A stretch of 64,000 nt of DNA. Origin: Macrostomum hystrix (Eukaryota; Animalia; Platyhelminthes). Below the pieces are notes generated by a model. It saw only the letters and a list, made by a program, of their open reading frames with translations, searched no databases and had not been told where the DNA came from. This document shows positions 14,292 to 25,600 of the stretch, in pieces; within the stretch, counting starts at the first letter, position 1, and each line of letters starts with the position of its first letter. A program made the position numbers and the translations under genes. The stretch is from contig CATNEN010000001.1 of assembly GCA_950097015.1 (NCBI GenBank), positions 6,076,001 to 6,140,000 of the forward strand. The letters are read 5' to 3'.

Positions 14292-16330
14292 ATGACCCAA
14301 GACCTTCTAGAAGACGAAGCTCTGGCTGACAATCGCACCGTGGGCTTCATCTTGGAGCAGCTGAAGCTCAGCATGGAGCCGTCATACAAAAGGAAGTACT
14401 CACAGCAGCTCATGGTGTTTGCTTACCTGCTGTATTCCACTAGTGCTGCGGCATATAAGACAATGCTGGAGCAGGACGCACTCTGCCTTCCATCCGATCG
14501 GACACTACGGTCCATCACAGCCAAAGTTGGCTCCAAGGAAGGTTTGGACAATGAAAGCTACCTGAAGTTAAGAGCATCCAAGCTGTCACAGATGGAGAAG
14601 ATTGTGACCCTAATGATCGATGAGATCTACATCGCCAGTCGGACTGAGTACAACAACGGCCAACTGACTGGACTGGACGAAGATGGTGCCGTTGCGTCAA
14701 CACTCTGCTGCTTCATGGTGAGATCCGTGGCTGGACCATACAAGGACATGGTGGCGATGCATGCGGTGGCAACATTGACGGCGAAGAAACTGTCAGAGTG
14801 GTTTCATCAGGCCATGGATGTCTTGAGAAGGCTGGCCTTCACCGTTGTTGCAGTCTGCGTTGACAACGCCGCTGTGAACCGCAAGTTCGTGAAGGGGCTG
14901 TGTGTGGCAGCAGCTTCAATCCATTCTTCGTCGACGAAGTGACCGGCCAGCCAGTGTTTGTGCTGTTCGACCCAGTGCACAATTTGAAAAACATCTATAA
15001 TAATTTTCGAACTCGAGAATTCTTCAGCTTCCCCACAACTCCACTTCTGCCTCATGCATCCGAAGCCCGCTTTGAGCACATCATTCAGCTATACCAACTG
15101 GAAGCCTCGAGACCTCTAAAGTTCGCGCATAAGCTGAATCCAGCAGTGCTGAATCCGAAGAGCGTCGAGAGGACATCTGTCAAGCTGGCAGTTGCCGTCT
15201 TCAATGAAGCTACTCGTGATGCGCTTGTCTATTACTCAGAGTGGAGAGGCAAGGCCTGGGAGGCCACTGCGGACTTAATCAGTCTCGTGGTGAAGCTGTG
15301 GCACATCCTGAATGTGAAGGCACCTTCCAAAGGAAAACGAAAGCGGGACATCAGTCAGGACCCTGTTCGCTCCTCGTTGGATTGGAAGCTGCAATTCCTT
15401 CGCGAGTTTGCCGACTTCCTAGACAAGCCTCAGGATTGCCCGGCTTGTCCAAGGAAACATTTCTGGCTTGTCGGGTGACCTGCCGCGCACTGGCTGCCTG
15501 CGCAGCGCACTTGCTGGATCGTGAAGGCTTCAATTACGTTCTCCTAGGTGCTCTGCAGTCGGACAGCATTGAGCGACGATTTGGATGGCTCCGCCAAATG
15601 TCTGGAGCGAACTACTACATTTCTGCGCGCCAGGTCAAGGAGAACAGCAGGAAGATTGCAGCAGTTAGCTTGCTAAAGTACTCAAAGTTCTCCATGAAGG
15701 AGATTGACAGCGCCATTGATGAGCCCAGTGACTGCAGTCTTACCAAGGAGCTTGTGAGCCGTCTGGCCAGTAGGCTGGAGATGGACTGCGAACCCAGGTC
15801 GGACGATCACATTGTCATCTACTACGTCACTGCTGCAGTTTCTCGGAAGTTTGTGCAGCGTCGAGCGTGTGAGCCGTGCAAGGAGCTGCTGCTGGAGCCA
15901 GAAGCTGCATCGCCACTGGAAGTTGACTGGGTTCCACCGCAAGCATCTTCATTCATCGAACAAATCAACCGCGGCGGCCTTTGCCAGCCGACTGAGCTTG
16001 CCTTTGCGCTGACTACTCACTGCTGGAGGATCTTCGAGGAGATTCGGCAAAAGGAGCCACTGCGTAAGGAATTCTTGTGCGCCCAACAGCAGCTGCAAGT
16101 CTTCTGTGGGCTCGTTGATGAGACGGCTGACGATACCCAGTATCTGGAGTCTTTCGCCCAGTTGACCACTTGCACGAGGGGACACGACGTCAAGACTGGG
16201 ATTTCGAAGGCGTTCTTTAATTGCATGATGAGCAACTTGGTCAAGGACATTTCCAACAGTGAGCGCGGAGGAAAGCGAAAGATTGCCAAACTTTCCAGCC
16301 AGTCTACTGCCAGCAGCAAAAAATTTACGA
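14292..16330 (+). pseudogene. P-element/THAP9-like transposase, frameshifted, N-terminus missing
   Basis: Three overlapping ORFs carry the motifs in order: LPSDRTLR, LMIDEIYI, VCVDNAAVN, LFDPVHNLKN, QSDSIERRFGWLRQMSGANY. Frameshifts near 14905 and 15430. No THAP domain or TIRs identified. Confidence 0.85.
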
Positions 16331-17186
16331 GTGCTACTATCGTTCTGCCATTCAATATGCTGCGTTTTGCCAAGTTTTTCATTTACGCATCTGTTTCCTC
16401 TTCTATTTTGGTGAGTTATTTTGAACAGACTACCCTGGACTCTCATTCGGCATCCGCGAGTATCAGCATTGAGTCTCACAAGCTGCATTTGATTCGAGTA
16501 ATGGCTATGCTTTTTATAAATATTCGAATGAAGAACCTGGCTAAGGATCTTTCACGCGCTGGAAGAAAACCCGGCAAGAGGCAAAGGCTGCTTCGAACAG
16601 CGATTTTTCTTAATTTGTAATCAGCGTATTCGCATATGGAGCCTGGTAAGTTATGGCTTCAATGCATTCTGTTTAAGCTTATTCCCGTGATAAACTATAT
16701 ATTTGCCATTAAATGCGTGCAAAAAATTCTAGATAAATTAAAAATGAATCTGTAGTTGTTAATTTGTTAATCTTATTTCTTACTGAGTCTGAATTTTCAC
16801 TAGTTACGAACATAAAGAAAAAAGAGACCCCGACAAGCTGAGTTGGCTGAGGGTAAGAATTGGAAAGGCCCGGCCACAATTATCGATCGTGGGGAAGTGG
16901 GCACTGGGGGTGCCACTTTTCCTACTAGGAAAAAGGCACAACTTTTTTTACCCTCATGCGCAGTCTAGTTATATTTCTTGGTCTGTGGTCACATGGTTTT
17001 TCTGTAGTGAACTTCCTGACAACACCGTGGGAAATGGTCTGCTCCTCTCTTCTAAAAAATCGATCGCCTTTCCTTATTTCCCCAATCTTCAAGCATGCTG
17101 TCTTCCGTGCTGCCAATGTACGTATAGTTTGGCAATGTACGTACAAATGTACATTCAAACTGAGCACGAGTTAACTTCTATAAAAG

Positions 17187-18062
17187 TATAGCGCTTCAAG
17201 TTTTGTCGTCTCTCTCGTGTCAATGTAGTCTAGCGGTCTGTTGCAGTCTCTTGTCTTGAAGGCTATACTTCCTAACGACTATCGTTCTCAGTATTAAGGC
17301 TGATCGATCTCTCGGATTCCTCTCTCTGAAGTCAATGAAGATAGAACTCAAACACAGTAAGTTTCTATTGAATTGCTAGCGTAATAGAACGTAGAGATGA
17401 CTCTCTAACAAAAATCAGCGGCGGACCTTTTTCCCGCGCTCCGCTTCGATTTATATATTGTTTGAAAATCACTCACTTGGGAGGGTGATACAACTTTATC
17501 AATCAGAGCGCTTGGTGATAATGGGTCGAGTGGGGTCGCAGCCCCGATTCCAAATCAGCACAAAACATTAGAATACTTGGTTGGCAGGCACGCCAACCCC
17601 TGTCCTATGGAGGGCGGGTCAAAGGCCTAAAAGTGTTAGTTGAGTTAGAAGATTGCCCGTTTCTATGGAATCCCCTTTATCTAGTGTTTGTTTGTCACTG
17701 TCCCTCCGTCGCTCCAGGTCTTCTTGGGCGGTCCCGGCCTCTTCCAGGTCTCATCTCCAGATAGGGCTCAGGCAGGCTCCGATGTTGTAGGCATGGCCGG
17801 GCCAGGTCGCGTCAGGCCGTGCCAGGTCGGGTGAGTCCGGTCGGGTCCATGTCACGTTGGACCTACGTCGGGCAGGATCGGGTCAGATTAGGCCGGGCCG
17901 TGTCATATCGGACCATACCAGGTTGAGTTGGACCGGGCCGTGTTGCGCTGAAATGCAAGTGAAAACTCGGGGCGAGTATTTATCTAATCTATCTATTCTT
18001 AGTTGCTTGACCTCTAGGCGAAAGTTTTCTCTCGAGTTCTTTTCAGATTTCTAAGTCTTATA
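17187..18062 (-). repeat. 3' LTR (876 bp), termini TATA...TATA
   Basis: Matches 28214-29089 with no differences noticed by eye. The identical 65-aa ORF is called in both copies (17857 and 28884). Confidence 0.96.
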
Positions 18063-18075
18063 TCATCCCCCTTTT
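18063..18075 (-). promoter_or_regulatory. Polypurine tract (AAAAGGGGGATGA)
   Basis: Purine run immediately upstream of the 3' LTR on the minus strand. Confidence 0.88.
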
Positions 18076-18743
18076 GATGAAATCCTTGACTAGTCAAGGG
18101 AGATGCAGCCTATTTTCTTACTCCCGTTGCTAATCTGTCTACTGCTAGTAGGTTTGAGAACATATAAGACGTTGAAATCTGAAATTATATTATATATTAT
18201 TATTATTGTATAATTGTTGTATTATTGTATAATATTGTATATTGCGTATTGTAATAATGTGTTTTTTTTCTTTTTTCTTAATTAGAACATTAATTTAAAT
18301 GAAAAATTCGTCATTCTGTGGCGGATCAGGGTTCTCCTGCCAATAATGTTGGCGCATTGATTCAGTCGTCGAACGTGTAGGGATAAGCCGAATTGTCAAG
18401 TGCTTATCTGTGTATAATAAAACAATGTGTGTATAATAAAACAATACGTGCTGGATCATGGAATTTGGTAGAGCCTTGCCTTTGTACTTCTTCGTTATTC
18501 TAAGCTTAGATTCAATTTGAGTGACGGGCCTGGCTTCCCCTAGTTCACTGGTCTGATGCTTCAGGTAGCGAGGCGCTTTCCCAAAGTTCTTTCCGTGAAA
18601 CTGGTTCTAGCCTCAGGATTGCACCTGAGTGAGAGTGTCACAATGATAGGACTTCCGGTCGAGACGACCCATCTGTCTTAACATTGTGTCAGTGTCTCAG
18701 CTCTCGTGTCTCCTTATGCCCTTACATTCACGTCCCTACATTC

Positions 18744-19508
18744 TTACTGACAAGTAGGCTCTTGCGAGGCTTCCAGTGCCGCCTTTAGCCGTGGCCACTG
18801 TAGCAACGCCGGCGAATACGTTCGAACTACTAGCATCTTCATTTCGCGGCAACTACTTTGAATTCCATGATAAACCAACGCATTGGACAAGTAATTAAAT
18901 AACTTAGTACATATCACATTAGGTTGCGGGCCCCAAGGGTGGATCAGGTTGACGGATAGCGTACGGCAGAGTGCCTTAATTATGACGCAAGTAAAGGCGT
19001 CTTGTTCTCCATAGTGAAAGAAAATTGTTGTACGGTTACGTAGAATGTTATAGTCAGAGAGGAGCCAGATGGGGTTATTGTCTTCAGCCAGGATGCGCTT
19101 TGTGGTCAGATGTGTTACTACGTTAGCTGGGATTCGTGGCGCATCCAGCATGTCCAGGTGAATGTCAAATAGTTTCATCTCACCGTGCCGATTAGGCTTG
19201 CTCTGGATGGGCTGTCTATCCATGAAGTCGTACAGCTCCGTAAATGATAGGTCTTTTTCTTCCCGTCTGTGTCTCTCTCTCAGCACTGTTGGGCACTGCG
19301 GCAGACCGTCTCTGGATCTTCTGATCTCCCATTGGGCTTGGAGATGTCGCCGTTGCTGTTCCGTGGCGGCGCTGTTCCTAATGTTCATCTCCTTCCCGAC
19401 TGCCGTGCTTAGTCCTGCCGATGGAAACAGTGGCTTGACCAGTGTGTAGGTCGTAAGCGGCTCATCGATGGTGCAATCATCCACTGTGTCTAGCTCCGTC
19501 GAATACAT
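18744..19508 (-). CDS. Accessory ORF of the LTR element, unknown function (~254 aa from ATG 19508)
   Basis: Open frame 18744..19613 between pol and the 3' LTR. The first ATG (MYSTELD...) is directly preceded by CAG. No signal peptide or TM segment is visible. Confidence 0.6.
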   Translation of the reverse strand: MYSTELDTVDDCTIDEPLTTYTLVKPLFPSAGLSTAVGKEMNIRNSAATEQQRRHLQAQWEIRRSRDGLPQCPTVLRERHRREEKDLSFTELYDFMDRQPIQSKPNRHGEMKLFDIHLDMLDAPRIPANVVTHLTTKRILAEDNNPIWLLSDYNILRNRTTIFFHYGEQDAFTCVIIKALCRTLSVNLIHPWGPQPNVICTKLFNYLSNALVYHGIQSSCREMKMLVVRTYSPALLQWPRLKAALEASQEPTCQ

Positions 19509-19675
19509 CTGATCATCCGAAGGGTGGGTTAAATATTTGTGAGTGGTTGAATAGTGACTACTTATAAGTAATGTAAAATATTCTATTCTAAAAATCAGAG
19601 TGCACACCAACAAAATAATGAAAATTAAAAATGTAAAATTGTCCGTCTACTTCCTCCCTTCCTTGGCATCAATTG

Positions 19676-22600
19676 TCAAGGAAGTTTCACTTTGCTCCTC
19701 AGGTTATACTTCTTCCGAGCGCTGTCAGCTTGCGCATCCAGCTCTTCTGCCTGCACGCTCACTTCCTTGGTGAATCGTTGTCTGGGCTGTCGCTGGTGTC
19801 GCTGTGGGTCGCTCGGTCTGAGGTCAGGAAGCATCACATGTGGTGTAGGCGTGGCCATTGGTTTCAGCCTGTCCGTGTGCACTTGAAAAGACTCCTGATT
19901 TGGATCATCGATTTTCCGAATTGTGACTGAGGTTTGGCTATTTCTCTTCATAATCTCATAGGGTCCTGTAAATTTTGCTTGGTGCTTTCCTTGTCTCATA
20001 GGAATCTGCAGCATAACTCTACTGCCTACTTCCAATGTAGTCAATTTGCGATTAGTATTGGCTATTCCGGTATTCTTCTCTTGAGCTATCTGTAGGTGAT
20101 GTCTCGCTATTTCTCTGGCTAGTGTTACAGCTTCTTTCATTCTAGATGCGAATGATGGCTCATCCATGTACTTTACCAAGTTCAACTGAGTAGTGAGTTG
20201 AGTAGGCATCAGAGGTCGTCGGGCGAAGACTAACTCGAATGGAGAGTAGGTTGATGATGCTTGCTTTGCCGTATTGTATGCGAACATCGTTGCTTGCAGG
20301 TACTTATGCCACTGGTCCGGATTCTCGGCTGTGTAGTGGCGTAGCATATTGTGCAGTGTGGAATGTAGCCGTTCTACCTGATTTGCTCGAGGATTATATG
20401 GGGATGTCAGAATATGTTTAATCCCCAATATCTCTAAAGCTTCGGCTAGTAGAGTTGCGGTAAAGTTCTTTCCATTGTCCGTGGACATCTCTATCGGGAT
20501 CCCAAAAGTACAAAACACTGTGAATAGTGTCTCTGCCGTCGTTTCCGCTGTGAGATCTGGGATCGGAATGGCGAATGCGAATTTCGAAAAACAACAAAGG
20601 ATTGTGAGTATGTGTGTTACCGTTTCATTCCTCACTTTAGTAGGCACCATTGGACCCACTATGTCGACTGACAATTTGTCCATTGGTCGCATTGGGATCT
20701 CCGAGAACTGAATCAGTCCCTTATGAGTTTTTCCTGATTTATTCCTGGCGCACTCTATGCAATTGTTGCAGAATCCTCGGATGTCGGATACCATGGTAAT
20801 CCAGAAGTAGTGTCTGCGGATTCTCTCTAAAGTTTTCTCAAATCCCAAATGTGCTGCTAATGGCAATGCGTGTAGTGAGTGGCAAATGGTCTCACGATAT
20901 TGAAACGGTAGAATGATCTGTTGTGTCTGATCTGCCGTTCGGTGTAGTACTCCTCCAATCTCCGCGTAGTCGGCCAGGTGTCTATCGATGTGGCGTCTGT
21001 ACTTCGAGGCCAGTGATTCCACTGCCGCTTCTCCGTTCCACGTTGCTCGGATGTGCTGGCAGAATGGGTCTTCCGCCTGGGCGTCCTTGAGTGCTTGCAG
21101 GTGTGGGATTGGGTGCGATATTGTAACGTAGTTGATTTGGTCCGTTGGTTTCTCATCGTATAATCTTGAGAGTGCGTCAGGTACGGCATGTGTGACTGAT
21201 GCTCCAGGTACATATTCGATCTGTATCTGAAACTGCTGTAGGTATAGTAACCATCTCAAAATTTGGTTGTTCTGCAGTATTCTGCCGGTGAGTAAGCCTC
21301 TGAGTGGAGCGTGGTCTACTCTCAGTAACGTGGGTATGGGAGCAGCGTATAAGAACTGTTCAAAGTTTCTGAATGCATGGTAGACTGCTAAAAGTTCGAG
21401 ATGAGTGATTCCGTACCTCGTTTCTGCATCTCTCAGTTGTCTGCTCGTGAACGCTATCGGTCTCTCCCGTCCCATCTCGTCTTTCTGCGAGAGCATCGCT
21501 CCTATGCCCTTGGTGGAGGCGTCACTCGAGACTATGAATTGTTTGTTGAAATCCGGGTGTGCTAGCCTGAGATCCTCGGCTATCCATTTCTTCATTGCCT
21601 CGAAAGTGTAGTTCGCTTCCTCGGTCCACTTTAAGTTGGTCTTCGTTGCCTGTCCTTTCGAGGTCGGTGCCCCTTTGAGCATATCCGTTAGCGGTTGTAC
21701 TTTCTTAGCATAATGTGGGACATGTTTCCTGAAAAAATTACACAATCCGAGGAATGCTCTTAACTGAGTCACATTGTCGGGCTTGGATACCTTTTGTACT
21801 TTGTCCACTAGAGTGCGGTCTATCTGGATGCCGTTCTGGTCGATCTTGTGTCCCAGGAAGGTAATGCTGGGTTGCGCAAATCGACATTTCTGGAGTTTCA
21901 GCTTTAATCCGTGCTTTTTCAAGGCTTCCAGAGTACTTTTGAGTGTCTTGAGGTGGTGCTCAAAGGTTTCCGTGAATACTAGCAAATCGTCCACATATGT
22001 AGAGACTCTCTCGATGCCTTTGAGGATGATGCTGGCAGCTCTAGACAAGGCCGCCGGGCTCGATTGTAATCCCATCGGTGCCCGTAGGAAGACTAGGGTT
22101 TCTCCATCCGGTGTAGAAATCCCGCAGTACTTCCTGCTGTCCTCATGCAGGGCCACTTGGAAGAATGCCTGGGCCATGTCTAGAGTCGTGAAGTATTTTG
22201 ATCCTTTGAGTTGAGCCAGCAGATCTGGAATCCTGGGCATGCACTGTCTCTCGGGGATCAACAATCGGTTCAGGTCCCTGAAGTCCACACACAGGCGATA
22301 CACTGGTTTAGCCTCCGGTGACTCCGATTTTTTCTTGACGAGGAGAATTGGTGAAATATACGGTGTCGGTGCTTTCATGAGAATCCCTTGCCTCTCCATT
22401 CTGTCTATCACCTTCTTCAGTTCTCCTGTCAGTTGGTGTGGAATAGGATATCTCTTGTTCAGCTTCACCTCCACATTCGGTTTTATGTGGAGTTCGTGTT
22501 TTGCTACTTCTGTAAATCCTATCTCGTCATCTGAGAGACAAAATGCTTCCTTGTTTTCCCAGAGGATTTCTCTTAGTTGTTCTTTCTGTTCCGCTGTTAT

Positions 22601-25600
22601 CTCAGCTCCCTGCAGATTAATCGCCTCTCTGAATTCTGTCTCTGTCATTGTCGGTGCCTGTTCCTGATTTGCGGCTATTTCATATGTCTCTATTTCTGTC
22701 TCATACGAACCTATGGCTGTATCTGGATACAGAGTGATTGGTCTGGCTGATTCGTTGGATATGAGAACTTGTACTTCTCCCTTCTCGTCCGGATGAACTA
22801 TCTCCTGAGTCATTCCTATCGCCTTCTTCTCGATGATACGCGTATCTGGCTCGAAAAGTACAGTGTCAGGCAGTTCCTCCTTTGAGTCGGTTCTGGCTGT
22901 GATTTGAGCTGTTTCCCATGGATTCAGGTTTACCACGCAGACTAATCTGATCTTATTTGTGGCTTCCTGGGCAGTTACTGTCATGATTTCATACGATCTG
23001 CCATTCAACTGTATCTGTTGCTGTTGGTAATTAATAGACATACCCTTCTGCAACTGACTTAAGTAATCAATTCCTAATAGTGCATGGTATCTCCCCGAAC
23101 TCAAATTCGGAATGACATGAAACTTAACGTTGACGATTGTGTCTCCTGCTTCGACTGGTAGAGTGATCATTCCGGATTGCGTGAGCTTTCCTCCGTGTAC
23201 TCCTTGCAGCTCAGTCGTCGGCTTTTCGAAGCTGTCACTGTAGCGGCGTGCCGTTGCTTCATCTATCAGTGATTTCTCTGCTCCACTGTCGATCAGCGCT
23301 CTGCAGGTTCGCACGCCGATCTTCAATCGCGTCACCGTGTATTTCTGGCTATTCGTGATTGCTGCCACTATCGGCGGTGGCCAGGCGCTAATCGTCGGGT
23401 AGATTGATGAAGCTGGAGGAGCTGACGGCATCATCGGCTGACTCTGTTCCGCGCTTGTAGCCGGTGCCGTTGGTGCTGGGCGCCGCGGGCCCGTGTGTCT
23501 GTGGCTGGTGCCTGTGCTGTGTTGTCCCCGCAATTCGTGTCGTTCTTGTGTTGCCTTTATCCGTCTTTGGATTGCTCGGATGCCTGGTCGCTCGTATTTT
23601 TTCCGGAGGAGCCTGTGACAAACTATTATAGTTTTGAGTATGATGTACACATATACACAGATTGCGGCAAATCCAACTGTTATGTTGAAAATATTGAGTT
23701 TTATACCTATCCATGGCGTCCAAGATGCGAAGTCATAAGTTTTAAGAGCTATGTTTGCCTCCAATGGTGGGAGGTCGATCGTTTCTGGATTCTTCTGCTT
23801 TGGTAGTTTGAATACTGTTCTCAGAAATTCTCTCTGATCCCTCATCTGCGTGTACAGATCGTGTACCGTAATCGGGCTTCGGATGTCTTCTATTTTGATA
23901 TCTGTTTCTGGTATAAAAAGAATTCGTTTGATCTTCGGTAATTTCATAGGCTCTATTCCCCAATCTTCGCTCTTCAATTTCCTTATCTGTATAGGTTCGA
24001 AGTTGGTGAAATTTAAATCGGCCTTGTACACTCTGTCCTCTTTGGGTAGAAGGTACCCAGTTTGATTCGAACATTCCTGAAAGGTGGGGTATTCTGTCTC
24101 AATTTCCATAGTTCTTACATTCAAGAATCCTGTACGGTTGGTCTCCGCTACTTTGTACTTCAACGGAGGCTTGGAGAAACATCGGCTTTGATTCCAGTGT
24201 GGTTGATGGAATTCAAAGTCAGTCACTGGGATGCATTTGAAGATTTCGACATGCTGAGCTATCGTTCTGGCCTTGAGATGCTCGTCTTTGAACAGTGTCC
24301 TCACTGCTAGTGTTGGTTGCATTCGTATGAAATCCTTGATGTATCTGAAAATGTTCTGTTGGATTCGGCATTGCTGAAGGATCACATGACGGGTCAGATC
24401 TCCAATTCGATTTTCCATCGTAAGTTCAATGCTCTGTAATTTCGCTGCTAAAGTTTCTTGTGATACTAGATCCCTCTTCTCTCTCTTTGCTGTGCTAGAG
24501 TTGTTAAAATTGCCTTGTACTATTAATAGGAATTCTGCTTCGGATCCTTCTGGCCTGACCAGCTTTCCTTGTTCTGACCTGAATAGTTTAGTTGTCGTTC
24601 CTCCGCATTTCAGTTCCATTGAGTGTGGCGGGTGCTTAAAAGTCAAGGCGTAGGTTGCATCCTTGGCCATGAACCATCCCGTGTGGATAGTTCCTTCTAT
24701 ACGCCTGTCTTCCTGGTACGGGCAGTCAATTGCAGCGCTGGGTGTCCAGATATATCTGTACTGGCGTTCTCCAGCGACCTTGAATGTTGTGTCGTAGAAT
24801 CGCAGAGCTTCCCATAGTTTGTTGGGTACTTGTCTCTCTAACGGCGCATCCTTCTCGACCTTTAAAGTGGATTCGTGAGAGCATTTTCCAATTGTGTAAT
24901 TACAATGACCTAGTGGGATGTACAGTGATGACATCTTCTTATTCTCCACGAAGAACGGAATTTTCGTTATCAGCGTGGATGCTGACTTTGTGTATCTGGT
25001 TTGGGTGCTAGCCGTTGGTTCGAATTCCTCTACTGTCCAGATATGAGTAGTAAAGCGTTCCGCTTTGTTCGGAGCTTTCCCGTCTTCCTGAAGGGTGCCA
25101 TCTGGGGTTTGGTATCCTTCCTTCCAGGACTCACACTCTTCCTCTGTGACCGGATGTTTCTGCACCGTAACAGTCATTTTTGGTCTTACCACTTTGGCTA
25201 TAATCGTTGTTAGTGCCACACTGGTGAAAACATACGTTTCTCGATAGCAGATCTTGAGTGTTGATCGGTGAGTGACCTGATTTGGTTTGAAGATTGTCAG
25301 GTTGATCGGCTGTCGGTGCTGCTGTATGCTGCTAGGCATCTTGCACTCGATATCCGGTGGCAGCTTGAAGATCTGTGGCCTGGTGGGCTCCGGGCAGTAC
25401 ATCGGTGTGTCCACCCATTGTTGGTGTCCTTGGCTTATCGTTTCCGCCGTGGTACAGAGCCATGCGAAGAGTAGAATTTTCAGCAGAAGTGCGCATGTCG
25501 GTCCTACCGGTGCCTTCCAGTGATTGCTAGTCTGTCTAGCCCTCTGCTCTCGCTTTCGTCCTTCGAGCTGTGGAGCGGTTTGAACTAGGGCCACTGTCGC

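Noticed and set aside
17857-18054. 65-aa ORF duplicated at 28884
   Set aside because: It lies inside the LTR over a GC-rich ~5-bp-period tract and starts at TTG. The duplication simply reflects the two LTRs.
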